Source of the DNA: an uncultured Bacillota bacterium
Lineage (GTDB): Bacteria; Bacillota_I; Bacilli_A; RFN20; CAG-826
Assembly: GCA_946623775.1 (NCBI GenBank)
Contig: CAMORJ010000002.1
Span: forward strand, 1 to 47,243
Reading direction: 5' to 3'
Length of the DNA stretch: 47,243 nucleotides
This document shows, piece by piece, positions 37,046 to 44,809 of the stretch. The notes below the pieces were generated by a model. That model was not told where the DNA came from. It ran no database searches and saw only the letters and a program-made list of their open reading frames with translations. Position numbers and translations under genes: made by a program. Every line of letters begins with the position of its first letter. Position 1 is the first letter of the stretch.

Positions 37046-37277
37046 AATCAACCCTCCAACAATAAAAAAGCGGCACGCTAGGGCGCTTTTGGGCGCGGTA
37101 CCACCTTGCTTCTCCTCATTTCGAGGACTCAATTTATGCCTTAACGGGGCAAGCGGGGACACTACTATGAATTCGGATCCCAGGCTCGGAAGTGATATCC
37201 CCTCATGCGTGCCTTTTCTCAGCTTCGGCAAGGCTCTCTGTCGTTTGCTAGGGGCGTTGTCTTCGTCTTCGCCTACG
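37046..37277 (-). promoter_or_regulatory. T-box leader (tRNA-Ile sensing)
   Basis: The minus strand carries the T-box sequence AGCAAGGTGGTACCGCGCCC (37110..37091). Stem I has AGAGAG and GCTGAGA elements. The specifier loop reads GGGG-AU-AUC-A-CUUC, giving AUC at 37196..37194. A T6 run at 37066..37061 follows a terminator-like helix. Confidence 0.85.
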
Positions 37278-37283
37278 GCGGTA

Positions 37284-37312
37284 ATGATATCCTTACGCGC
37301 GGAAAGAGACAA
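37284..37312 (-). promoter_or_regulatory. candidate promoter of the ileS leader (TTGTCT-17-TATCAT)
   Basis: Hexamers at 37312..37307 and 37289..37284, just downstream of the degV terminator. Confidence 0.45.
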
Positions 37313-37330
37313 GCAAAATCCTTTCGAGGG

Positions 37331-37369
37331 TAAACGAAAAAGCGTTCCTCGAATGGCTCCAAGGAACGC
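37331..37369 (-). terminator. intrinsic terminator after degV
   Basis: Minus strand reads GCGTTCCT-(12 nt)-AGGAACGC followed by TTTTTCGTTT. Confidence 0.8.
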
Positions 37370-37389
37370 AATTTGATGTACTGGGTCGC

Positions 37390-38262
37390 TTATTTTTGCG
37401 GAACGACGTCGTGCGGACCATCGTAGAAGAAATGGATTCCGACGACATTGGGGCCAGCATGGTAGCCGTTGGTTGGAGAGGCTTGCGTGTAGCGGATTTC
37501 CTCAAACCCGAAGTCCTTGGCGATCTGGATGCACATCTCTTTAACGCCTTCCGGCGCGGTGGATTGGGTAAAGAAGACGCGCTTCTTATCAATGTTGGGA
37601 TAAGCGGCGAGCATGTTCTCGACATATTCGCGGATGCACTTGACGGTTGGACCCCTGTGCTTTTTGCCGATGGCGAATTTGCCTTCTGGATCGCAGATGA
37701 TCTCGGGGCGGATGCGGAGAAGGTTGGCGCCAAGCATGGCAAGCCTGGAGCAGCGACCGCCTTTGTAAAGGTAATTGAGCTTATCGATGACGAAGGAGCA
37801 CTGTAGGAAGTCGCGTCTCGCCATCACCATTTTGACGACGTCTTCATAGTGGTATCCCGCATTGATGAGGTCGCGGGCATAGAAAGCAAGCAGAGCGATT
37901 GCGCCGGCGGTGCCGTGGCTATCGATGACGGTGATGTTTGGGTTCTCGTGGGCGGCGACGACGGCGTTGTTGTAGCCGCTGGAGATGCCGCTTGAGATGG
38001 TGAAATGGATGATGTGGTCCGCGTTTTCAAGAAGCGAGGAGAAATGACGCTCTTCCTCATCGATGTTCGGGGCGGCGGTACGGCACATGATGCCGGTTTT
38101 CTCCGTGAATTCGAACATTTCGGGAAGGGTCATTTCATTATCGAAATAGGTTTTCCCTTCTTTTTCGAGATGGAAATGGAGGATTTTAATGTCCCATGCT
38201 TCAAGGTCTTCTTGGGGCAAATCGATGGTGCTTTCCGCGGAAAGCTGGATTTCTTTTTTCAT
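37390..38262 (-). CDS. DegV family fatty-acid-binding protein
   Basis: 290-aa ORF with DegV-typical regions (DSHGTAGAIALL, LNYLYKGGR). AGAAAGGA SD is present. Confidence 0.9.
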   Translation of the reverse strand: MKKEIQLSAESTIDLPQEDLEAWDIKILHFHLEKEGKTYFDNEMTLPEMFEFTEKTGIMCRTAAPNIDEEERHFSSLLENADHIIHFTISSGISSGYNNAVVAAHENPNITVIDSHGTAGAIALLAFYARDLINAGYHYEDVVKMVMARRDFLQCSFVIDKLNYLYKGGRCSRLAMLGANLLRIRPEIICDPEGKFAIGKKHRGPTVKCIREYVENMLAAYPNIDKKRVFFTQSTAPEGVKEMCIQIAKDFGFEEIRYTQASPTNGYHAGPNVVGIHFFYDGPHDVVPQK

Positions 38263-38358
38263 TGGTCAGTCCTTTCTGAAAATAGGATACGAGGTTTACG
38301 AGCATGTAAATTTTATCTAGTTTTCGTTACTAGGTCAATGAATTTGCATGGTTTCCTA

Positions 38359-38386
38359 GAAAAGAAAAATCGGGACGAGCCCGATT
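38359..38386 (-). terminator. intrinsic terminator after ftsZ
   Basis: Minus strand reads AATCGGG-CTCGT-CCCGATT followed by TTTCTTTTC. Confidence 0.8.
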
Positions 38387-38405
38387 CTTCAATTTGAATA
38401 ATAAA

Positions 38406-39551
38406 TTATGCGTGGAAATTCCCTTTGAGGAAGTCGGGAAGAATCGTGTCTTGCACGGATTCCTCCTCCTCGGGCTTTTGCTCAGGCTCTTCCTGATGCG
38501 TCTCGGTGCGAGGCTCGGCGGAATCGTCGTGAAGTCCGTGATTCTCGCGCCGCGGGCGGGTGAATGTGGGGACGGAGGTGAAATCGTACTCCTCCGTGAA
38601 ATCGGCGGCGATGACGGAGACGAAGATGGAGTCGTCAATTTGGTCATTGATGGAAACCCCGAACTTGATATCGATGGCGGATCCCGCTTGCTCAATGACG
38701 CGGTTGACGCATTCCTCGGCGTCGTAAAGCGAGACGTTCACGCCGCAGGTGACGGCGCAAATGGCGCGCCTCGCGCCGGAAATCGACGCTTCAAGCAGCG
38801 GCGATGAGATGGCGGAGTTAGCGGCATCGAGAGCCTTGGTGGGTCCACTGCCCATGCCGAAACCGATCAGGGCGATGCCCGAATTCTTGAGCGTCGATTT
38901 GACGTCGGCGAAATCAAGGTTGATGACGGCGGGCAAAAGGATCAGATCGGTGACGGTTTTGACCGATTGGGCCAAGACCTTATCGGATTCCTGGAAGGCT
39001 TGCGAAATCTGGCGGGTGCCATTGGCCATCAGGAGCTTATCGTTGGACACGATGATGATGGAATCGACCGCATCTTTGAGCTCGCTCAAGCCGAGAACCG
39101 AATTGGCGATGCGGGTTTTGCCCTCGAAGGTGAAGGGGCGAGTGACGATGGCGATGGTGAGTGCGCCTTCTTCCCTGGCGATCTGAGCGACGATCGGCGA
39201 GGCGCCGGTCCCGGTGCCGCCGCCCATGCCAGCCGCGATGAAAACCATGTTGGCCCCGCGGACGATGTCGCGAATCTTCTCGGTGGACTGGATGGCGGCT
39301 TCTTTGCCGACCTCGGGATTTCCGCCCGCGCCCAACCCAAGGGTGACGTTTTCGCCCAAGACGATGCGGTTGGGGGCTTTGGAAGTCGCCAAAGCCTGCT
39401 TATCGGTGTTGAGGACATAGAATTCGACATTGTCGATATGCTCGTCCATCATGCGGTTGACGGCGTTGTTTCCCGCGCCGCCTACGCCGATAACAACGAT
39501 GCGGGCGACCGGTTCGAAGTTGTCTAGATCCATGCTTTCGTCGATTGCCAT
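38406..39551 (-). CDS. ftsZ: cell division protein FtsZ
   Basis: 381-aa ORF with the tubulin signature GGGTGTGA and the N-terminal motif VIGVGGAGNNAVNRM. GGAGGT SD is present. Confidence 0.96.
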   Translation of the reverse strand: MAIDESMDLDNFEPVARIVVIGVGGAGNNAVNRMMDEHIDNVEFYVLNTDKQALATSKAPNRIVLGENVTLGLGAGGNPEVGKEAAIQSTEKIRDIVRGANMVFIAAGMGGGTGTGASPIVAQIAREEGALTIAIVTRPFTFEGKTRIANSVLGLSELKDAVDSIIIVSNDKLLMANGTRQISQAFQESDKVLAQSVKTVTDLILLPAVINLDFADVKSTLKNSGIALIGFGMGSGPTKALDAANSAISSPLLEASISGARRAICAVTCGVNVSLYDAEECVNRVIEQAGSAIDIKFGVSINDQIDDSIFVSVIAADFTEEYDFTSVPTFTRPRRENHGLHDDSAEPRTETHQEEPEQKPEEEESVQDTILPDFLKGNFHA

Positions 39552-39563
39552 GGCGTTACCTCC

Positions 39564-40823
39564 TTAAAGGGCGTCGTCCTCAGGCGAGGACCCCCTCCTT
39601 CTTTCGTCCCGCTTCTTTCCGCTTTGCGGACCGCGGGAGACTGGGGCCATGCCCCGGAAATTGTCCTCGAGGCTGCCCATATAGCGGCTCGAAGCCAAGA
39701 TTAGCCCGAGCAAATTGGTGTATGACGGGTCGCGTGCCCCGATGGTTCGGGGAGCAACGATGTAGGATTCCCTTTTGGGGAAATTGACTTGCAGGAATGC
39801 GCGTAGCCCACGCAGGAGCGAGCCGCCGCCCGTGACCATGAGCGGGAACGTGTCATAGCGTCCCTGATAACGGGCGAGCAAGGAATCGACGGCGTTGGAG
39901 AGCAAGGTCATGTAGTTCTCGAAATAATCCGTGATGACCGCGTTTAGGTCCTTTTGGAAGTATTCGGTGACCCTTCCGTTTTCGTCCGTAGACCTGCAGA
40001 TGGCGGGGTTCCATTGCCTCTGCTCCTCGCGATATCCGTAACGGATTTTAATCTTTTCGGCTTCCTCGAACTCGATGCCGAAGGCGGTCGCGATATCCTC
40101 GGTGAGGTCTCTTCCGCCTAAGAAGAAGCTCGCCGAAGCGAAGGGCGTGCCGTTCCCGATGAGCGAAACATCGGTCACGTGCTCGCCGATATCGACGAGA
40201 AGATAGTTCCTCGGCAGATCCTTGTAGGTTTGGAATAGCAAGGAAGCGCAGTATGCGGAGACGCAGCTCTTGTTGACGCGGAATCCCGCTTGGGTCGCGA
40301 TTTGCTGATACTGGGGGCCGACTTTCGACGGGAGCGCATGGATTTTCGCCTTGATGGTCAGCGAATTGGATTTCCTCCCCAAAGGAGGGTCGACGAAGCG
40401 CTCGCCGGAATCCAAGACGAATTCGTCCGGGATGATGTCGACGATCGAATGGTCTCCCGGAACCGCCTCTTTGCGGACCAGCGAGATGACGTTGGAGATG
40501 TCGATGCGCTCAATTTGGTTGGTCGCGGCGATGACATTCGTCGTTTTGTCGTTTTGATAGACCTGAAGGCCAAGGGAAGGCAGGACGATGGAAACGCGGG
40601 AGATATTCAGCTGGACCTTCTCCTGCTCATCGGCGATGCTGTGGAATCTGGCCAAGGCGGCGATGGCTTTTTCCTCATCGAGGACTTCCCCGTCTTTGAA
40701 TAGGCCGGGCACCTCGATCTTTTTGGAATAAAGGCAGATGGGGTTGCCGTTCAATTCATGGCCGACGATGAGTCTGACTGAGCCCGAAGATATTTCAACG
40801 CATGCAATTGGGTTAGTTTCCAT
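39564..40823 (-). CDS. ftsA: cell division protein FtsA
   Basis: 419-aa ORF with an actin-like ATPase fold (VDIGEHVTDVSL, VTGGGSLLRGL), directly upstream of ftsZ. Confidence 0.93.
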   Translation of the reverse strand: METNPIACVEISSGSVRLIVGHELNGNPICLYSKKIEVPGLFKDGEVLDEEKAIAALARFHSIADEQEKVQLNISRVSIVLPSLGLQVYQNDKTTNVIAATNQIERIDISNVISLVRKEAVPGDHSIVDIIPDEFVLDSGERFVDPPLGRKSNSLTIKAKIHALPSKVGPQYQQIATQAGFRVNKSCVSAYCASLLFQTYKDLPRNYLLVDIGEHVTDVSLIGNGTPFASASFFLGGRDLTEDIATAFGIEFEEAEKIKIRYGYREEQRQWNPAICRSTDENGRVTEYFQKDLNAVITDYFENYMTLLSNAVDSLLARYQGRYDTFPLMVTGGGSLLRGLRAFLQVNFPKRESYIVAPRTIGARDPSYTNLLGLILASSRYMGSLEDNFRGMAPVSRGPQSGKKRDERRRGSSPEDDAL

Positions 40824-40910
40824 AAGTTTTGCTCTACGGGATATTCTAATACGCGCACGCGTTTTGCAAAAGGGTCTTTCGATAGACTTTTAGTAGTTTT
40901 TTCGCAGTTT

Positions 40911-40944
40911 AAGAAAACCGCGCAACGGATGAGGTTACGCGGTT
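40911..40944 (-). terminator. hairpin/attenuator between the ftsL-like gene and ftsA
   Basis: Minus strand reads AACCGCGTAAC-CTCATCC-GTTGCGCGGTT, an 11-bp stem with one G:U pair, followed by TTCTTAAAC. The U-tract is weak. Confidence 0.5.
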
Positions 40945-40973
40945 CGCTCAATTTATCGACAGCTCAAGATTTG

Positions 40974-41222
40974 TTAAATTTTGTGGTTGGTTTGCGCAAG
41001 CTGTTCTTCGTTTTCTATGTTTTCGACTATTGACTGGGTGCTGTCAGTCTTTTGCTCCTGCTCGTTATCTGCGTGGGCCGCAACTTCAGTAAATGTGTAG
41101 GTCAAAGCAATCGGCATAGCAGAAAGACCCGCTACTCCGACTGCAATCAAAAGCGCGATTCCGATGTTTCTCAACCGGTAATACAGCTTTTTGTGTCCGG
41201 TGTGGACAAGTTTGTCTTTCAT
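40974..41222 (-). CDS. small bitopic membrane protein in the FtsL position of the dcw cluster
   Basis: 82-aa ORF with a GAAAGGAGAA SD, a basic N-terminus, one TM helix (IGIALLIAVGVAGLSAMPIAL) and an acidic Q/E-rich tail. The call rests on position between rsmH and ftsA. No sequence motif confirms FtsL. Confidence 0.55.
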   Translation of the reverse strand: MKDKLVHTGHKKLYYRLRNIGIALLIAVGVAGLSAMPIALTYTFTEVAAHADNEQEQKTDSTQSIVENIENEEQLAQTNHKI

Positions 41223-41240
41223 TGTCTGCTTTCTCCTTTC

Positions 41241-42179
41241 CTACGGCCTCTTCGCGATGGCGCGAAGCTTTGCGCTTTGCGCGCGACGATTCAAGAGCAG
41301 TTCTTCCCCCGTTGCCACGAGGGGTTTCCTCGTGACCTTAATGAACGGTGGAAATTTCACCTCTTCCGGTCGCATCGGGATGGCGTCATGCCTGCTTCCC
41401 TCCACTTCCGTCAGTGAGGCGAATGCCCGTTTGACGATCCTGTCATCGAGTGACATGAACGTGATGATGGCGATGCGTCCGCCTGGACGCAGTGCCGGGG
41501 CGAATGTTTCCAACAGCCTCTCAAGCGCCTCTTTTTCGTGGTTTACCTCGATTCGGATTGCCTGGAAGGTCTGTTTGGCTGGATGGCCTTTTGATCGCAA
41601 TGCCTTCGCGGGTTTGGCGGATTTGATCGCCTCGACCAATTGGAAGGTCGTGACGATGGGCTCAATGGCCCTCCGCTTCACGATTTGCTTTGCAATCGCA
41701 TAGGCATCCCGGTCTTCGCCGTAATCGGCAATGATGCGGGCCAAGTCATTCAGCGAGTAGGTATTGACCACATCGAATGCGGTCAGCGTCTGGCTGCGGT
41801 CCATCCTCATGTCGAGCCTTGCGTCGAATCGATAGGAGAATCCGCGCTCAGGGTCGTCGAATTGAGGGCTTGAGACCCCCAGATCCGCGAAGATGCCGTC
41901 GACTTGGTTGATGCCTCTTTTTCGCAACTCCTCTGCGAAGGAAGCGAAATTGGCTCGAATCGCTTCGAATCGGCCGATTTTTTCCAAAATGGCTGAGCCC
42001 TCGATGATTGCTTGTTCATCGCGGTCGAAGCAATAGAGCATGCCTTCGCTGCCAAGGCGCTTGAGAATCTCCGAGGAATGCCCTGCCCTGCCAAGCGTCA
42101 GGTCAACGAAGACCTCGCCGGGCTTAGGATTCAGGACCTCAAGGGATTCTTTCAGCAGCACAGGGATGTGCTCGCTCAT
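41241..42179 (-). CDS. rsmH: 16S rRNA (cytosine1402-N4)-methyltransferase
   Basis: 312-aa ORF starting HIPVLLKESLEVL, with SAM-binding motifs (DLTLGRAGHS, DLGVSSPQFD). It overlaps the mraZ stop by 4 bp. Confidence 0.95.
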   Translation of the reverse strand: MSEHIPVLLKESLEVLNPKPGEVFVDLTLGRAGHSSEILKRLGSEGMLYCFDRDEQAIIEGSAILEKIGRFEAIRANFASFAEELRKRGINQVDGIFADLGVSSPQFDDPERGFSYRFDARLDMRMDRSQTLTAFDVVNTYSLNDLARIIADYGEDRDAYAIAKQIVKRRAIEPIVTTFQLVEAIKSAKPAKALRSKGHPAKQTFQAIRIEVNHEKEALERLLETFAPALRPGGRIAIITFMSLDDRIVKRAFASLTEVEGSRHDAIPMRPEEVKFPPFIKVTRKPLVATGEELLLNRRAQSAKLRAIAKRP

Positions 42180-42610
42180 TTTTTGGAGACCTCCTCCGCC
42201 AACGCTTCAAAGCTGAGAGGCTGACCAGCTTGATAAGCGGCATAGGTCTCGGCGTTCCAGATCTCGAAATGATCCATGACGCCAAGGATGAGGACCGAAG
42301 ACTCGATGGAATACTTCTTCAGCGCCTCGACCTTCAGATTGATGCGACCGTGCGGGTCGACCTTGAGCTTTCTTGACGTCGCCATCGCCTCGCGTATATA
42401 GGCGCGGGCAGCAGCGTTTAGGAAATCGAGGTCGGAAAGTCTTCCAACTAAGGCGAGAAAGGCAGATTCGGGGAAAACGGAAATGCATCCGTCCAATCCC
42501 CGCATCACGTAGAGAGTCTCGCCCTCTTCGCAGGCTAGGTCCGGCGGTAACTGCAAGCGGCCTTTGGAATCAATCGAGCGATTGTATGTGCCGATAAACA
42601 GGTTTCCCAC
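42176..42610 (-). CDS. mraZ: transcriptional regulator MraZ
   Basis: 144 aa from the GTG at 42610, with an AAGGTGG SD 6 nt upstream. It has two DxxGR repeats (DSKGRLQLP, DPHGRINL). The ORF-track extension crosses the promoter. Confidence 0.92.
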   Translation of the reverse strand: MGNLFIGTYNRSIDSKGRLQLPPDLACEEGETLYVMRGLDGCISVFPESAFLALVGRLSDLDFLNAAARAYIREAMATSRKLKVDPHGRINLKVEALKKYSIESSVLILGVMDHFEIWNAETYAAYQAGQPLSFEALAEEVSKK

Positions 42611-42623
42611 TTTTTCCCACCTT
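42601..42623 (-). promoter_or_regulatory. two direct GTGGGAAA repeats at a 10-bp period (candidate MraZ operator)
   Basis: Minus strand reads AAGGTGGGAAAAAGTGGGAAAC. Repeat cores lie at 42620..42616 and 42610..42606, overlapping the SD and the GTG start of mraZ. Confidence 0.35.
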
Positions 42624-42631
42624 GTATATTG

Positions 42632-42660
42632 ATAGTACCATCGGGCAACGTGGGCTTCAA
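42632..42660 (-). promoter_or_regulatory. candidate dcw/mraZ promoter (TTGAAG-17-TACTAT)
   Basis: Hexamers at 42660..42655 and 42637..42632, downstream of the SPFH terminator. Confidence 0.5.
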
Positions 42661-42699
42661 TAGAAAACTTAAGTTTTTCGCATGATTTTTCGCAGTGGG

Positions 42700-42743
42700 C
42701 AAAAAACAAAAAATCCAGCGTCGCAGATGAGAGGCGCTGGATT
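42700..42743 (-). terminator. intrinsic terminator of the nfeD-SPFH operon
   Basis: Minus strand reads AATCCAGCG-(14 nt)-CGCTGGATT followed by TTTTTGTTTTTTG. Confidence 0.8.
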
Positions 42744-42759
42744 CTGTTTTGTGTTTCGA

Positions 42760-43746
42760 CTACTCCGGCTTATCAGCGGGCTTCGCCGGTTTTTGCGCGG
42801 GCGCTTCCGGCTTTTTCACCGATTCGGCGATCGCGGTCGCGGCGGCCGCAAGAGGCTGGAGGTCGGCGGGGAGGAAGATCTTTGTGGCCTGCCCTTCCGC
42901 GACGCGGGCAAGGGCTTCGTATCCCCTCATGCGGAGCACCGCTTCATCGGCGCCGGCTTCGCGGAGGTAACGGATACCTTCGGCTTCGGCGAGGCGGACG
43001 AGGCGGATACCTTCGGCTTCGGCTTCCCTCATCGCTTTGATGCGGGCGGCTTCGCCTTGGGCGCGGCGGATGGTGGATTCGCGTTCGGCTTCGGCGTTGA
43101 GGATCATGGATTCCTTATTACCTTCGGCGATAAGGATGGCGGATTGCTTCTGACCTTCGGCGAGAAGGATCTTCTCCCTCTTCTCGCGTTCGGCGCGCAT
43201 CTGACGTTCCATGGCTTCCTGGATATCCCTCGGAGGAACGATGTTCTTGACTTCGACGCGGGTGACTTTGATGCCCCAAGGATCGGTAGCGGCATCGAGG
43301 ATTTTCCTCATCTTCTCGTTGATGATGTCGCGGGAGGTGAGGGTGGAGTCGAGATCGAGTTCGCCGATGAGGTTCCTCAATGTGGTCGAGGACAGGAACT
43401 CAATGGCCTGGATCGGATTCTCGACGCCATAGGCGTAGAGCTTCGGATCGGTGACGCAGAAGAAGACGACGGTATCGATTTGGATGGTGACGTTATCGGA
43501 AGTGATGACGTTTTGGGGCGGGAAGTCCCTGACCTGCTCACGCATATCGATGCGATGGGCAAGCTTATCGAAAAACGGGGTGAGGATATGGATGCCCGTA
43601 TCCCAGGTGGTCTTATAGGACCCAAGATGCTCGACGATGCCCTTTTCGGTTTGGGCGATGACTTTGACGTTGGCCAAAATCAGGATCAATCCGATGAAGA
43701 CCAAAGACGAGATGACGACGATGATTGCAATTACAAACGGTGGCAT
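42760..43746 (-). CDS. SPFH/band 7 (stomatin-prohibitin type) membrane protein
   Basis: 328-aa ORF with an N-terminal TM helix, an SPFH core (ITSDNVTIQIDTVVFF, RVEVKNIVPP), and an E/A/R-rich coiled coil with a proline-rich end. Confidence 0.9.
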   Translation of the reverse strand: MPPFVIAIIVVISSLVFIGLILILANVKVIAQTEKGIVEHLGSYKTTWDTGIHILTPFFDKLAHRIDMREQVRDFPPQNVITSDNVTIQIDTVVFFCVTDPKLYAYGVENPIQAIEFLSSTTLRNLIGELDLDSTLTSRDIINEKMRKILDAATDPWGIKVTRVEVKNIVPPRDIQEAMERQMRAEREKREKILLAEGQKQSAILIAEGNKESMILNAEAERESTIRRAQGEAARIKAMREAEAEGIRLVRLAEAEGIRYLREAGADEAVLRMRGYEALARVAEGQATKIFLPADLQPLAAAATAIAESVKKPEAPAQKPAKPADKPE

Positions 43747-43767
43747 TGTTTCATTTCCTTTGCTGAA

Positions 43768-44223
43768 TTACTTTTCTTGAGCTTTCGGCGTTTTGCCGAT
43801 GAGGAGCTTATTCCCCTCAACCGCGGCTACTTCCGCGATTTCGCCTTCGGAGAAGCTCAGTCCTCCCAAAGCGGGAGCGGCGGTCCACGTCACTCCGTTG
43901 ATGGCGATTTCCCCGGCATTGAGTTCGTCGCAGGCGCGGAGCACAACTCCGCGTTTGCCCACAAGCGCATCGACATTCGATTTGATGACGCGCTTCTTCA
44001 TGTAACGGGTCATCAGGGGCCGGACGGCGATGAAGCAGGCCACGGACACGACGACAAAGACGATGATCTCAACCCAGAACGGCACTTCTGGGATCAGGGA
44101 CAAGATCAATGAGACGACCGCGCCGGCCGCGAACCATATGGATACGACCGCTGCGGTGAGAGCTTCGGCGATGAAGCTGATCACGGCGATTCCCAGCCAG
44201 ACTAACCACATCCATTCTTCCAT
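43768..44223 (-). CDS. NfeD family membrane protein (short form: TM bundle plus C-terminal OB domain)
   Basis: 151-aa ORF with three N-terminal TM helices and a C-terminal beta domain (GKRGVVLRACDELNAGEIAINGVTWTA). It lies directly upstream of the SPFH gene, which is the canonical pairing. Confidence 0.85.
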   Translation of the reverse strand: MEEWMWLVWLGIAVISFIAEALTAAVVSIWFAAGAVVSLILSLIPEVPFWVEIIVFVVVSVACFIAVRPLMTRYMKKRVIKSNVDALVGKRGVVLRACDELNAGEIAINGVTWTAAPALGGLSFSEGEIAEVAAVEGNKLLIGKTPKAQEK

Positions 44224-44226
44224 TGC

Positions 44227-44592
44227 TTATGCCTCCTTTCTGCTAGCGATGAGGTAATGTTTCTCTCCATCCCATTTCGCTTTCATTTTGACGGGGCCCG
44301 CGGAGAGATCGAGCCCAAGTTCCTCGGCGATGATGCTCATCAGCGAGGTGTTCGAGATGCGCGCATAGCTCTTATGCGACGCGATGGGGTAAATCGATGA
44401 CGCGTCATAGACGCCTCGGTCCACCACATCCTTGCCAAGGGGACACAGGATCAAGTTGCCCTCCTCATCAACGCCTATCATGACGCGGTAGGCGGTTTCA
44501 AATGGGATGGCGGCCCTTGAATTCAATGTCAGATTGGTTGGATACAGCACGATGGTGCTTTCTTTTTCTTTTTCGTTCAGCCATCGAATCAT
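44227..44592 (-). CDS. hypothetical protein, 121 aa, first gene of the nfeD-SPFH operon
   Basis: The ATG at 44592 has a GGAGG SD 7 nt upstream. The longer ORF-track start would include the predicted promoter. There is a 3-nt gap to nfeD. No family was recognised with confidence. Confidence 0.65.
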   Translation of the reverse strand: MIRWLNEKEKESTIVLYPTNLTLNSRAAIPFETAYRVMIGVDEEGNLILCPLGKDVVDRGVYDASSIYPIASHKSYARISNTSLMSIIAEELGLDLSAGPVKMKAKWDGEKHYLIASRKEA

Positions 44593-44610
44593 AGTTTGAC
44601 CTCCGGAATA

Positions 44611-44639
44611 ATTATCGGACGAATTCAAAGAGTTATCAA
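44611..44639 (-). promoter_or_regulatory. candidate promoter of the hyp-nfeD-SPFH operon (TTGATA-17-GATAAT)
   Basis: Hexamers at 44639..44634 and 44616..44611. Confidence 0.5.
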
Positions 44640-44747
44640 GAATTTTCAAACAAATTCAAATCCTATTAATTTTTTGCCATTGCAGTTCGAAAAATTAAGA
44701 AGATTTATAAAGATGGCTAAAGAATCCGCGGCTGATTCGAAAGGCGG

Positions 44748-44778
44748 CAAAGAAAAAGCGCAGAACATTGCGTCCTGC
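44748..44778 (-). terminator. intrinsic terminator after the DUF177 gene
   Basis: Minus strand reads GCAGGAC-GCAAT-GTTCTGC followed by GCTTTTTCTTTG. Confidence 0.65.
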
Positions 44779-44809
44779 ACTTTGCGAATTATAGAAAATT
44801 AGTAGTTTT

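Noticed and set aside
44650-44809. Looked for rpmF (L32), which usually follows the DUF177 gene. Also considered a 29-aa plus-strand ORF (44713..44802, MAKESAADSKGGKEK...).
   Set aside because: No frame on the minus strand gives an L32-like peptide; the only ATG gives MAKN-stop. The plus-strand ORF has no convincing SD and overlaps the DUF177 terminator hairpin, so it is most likely non-coding.
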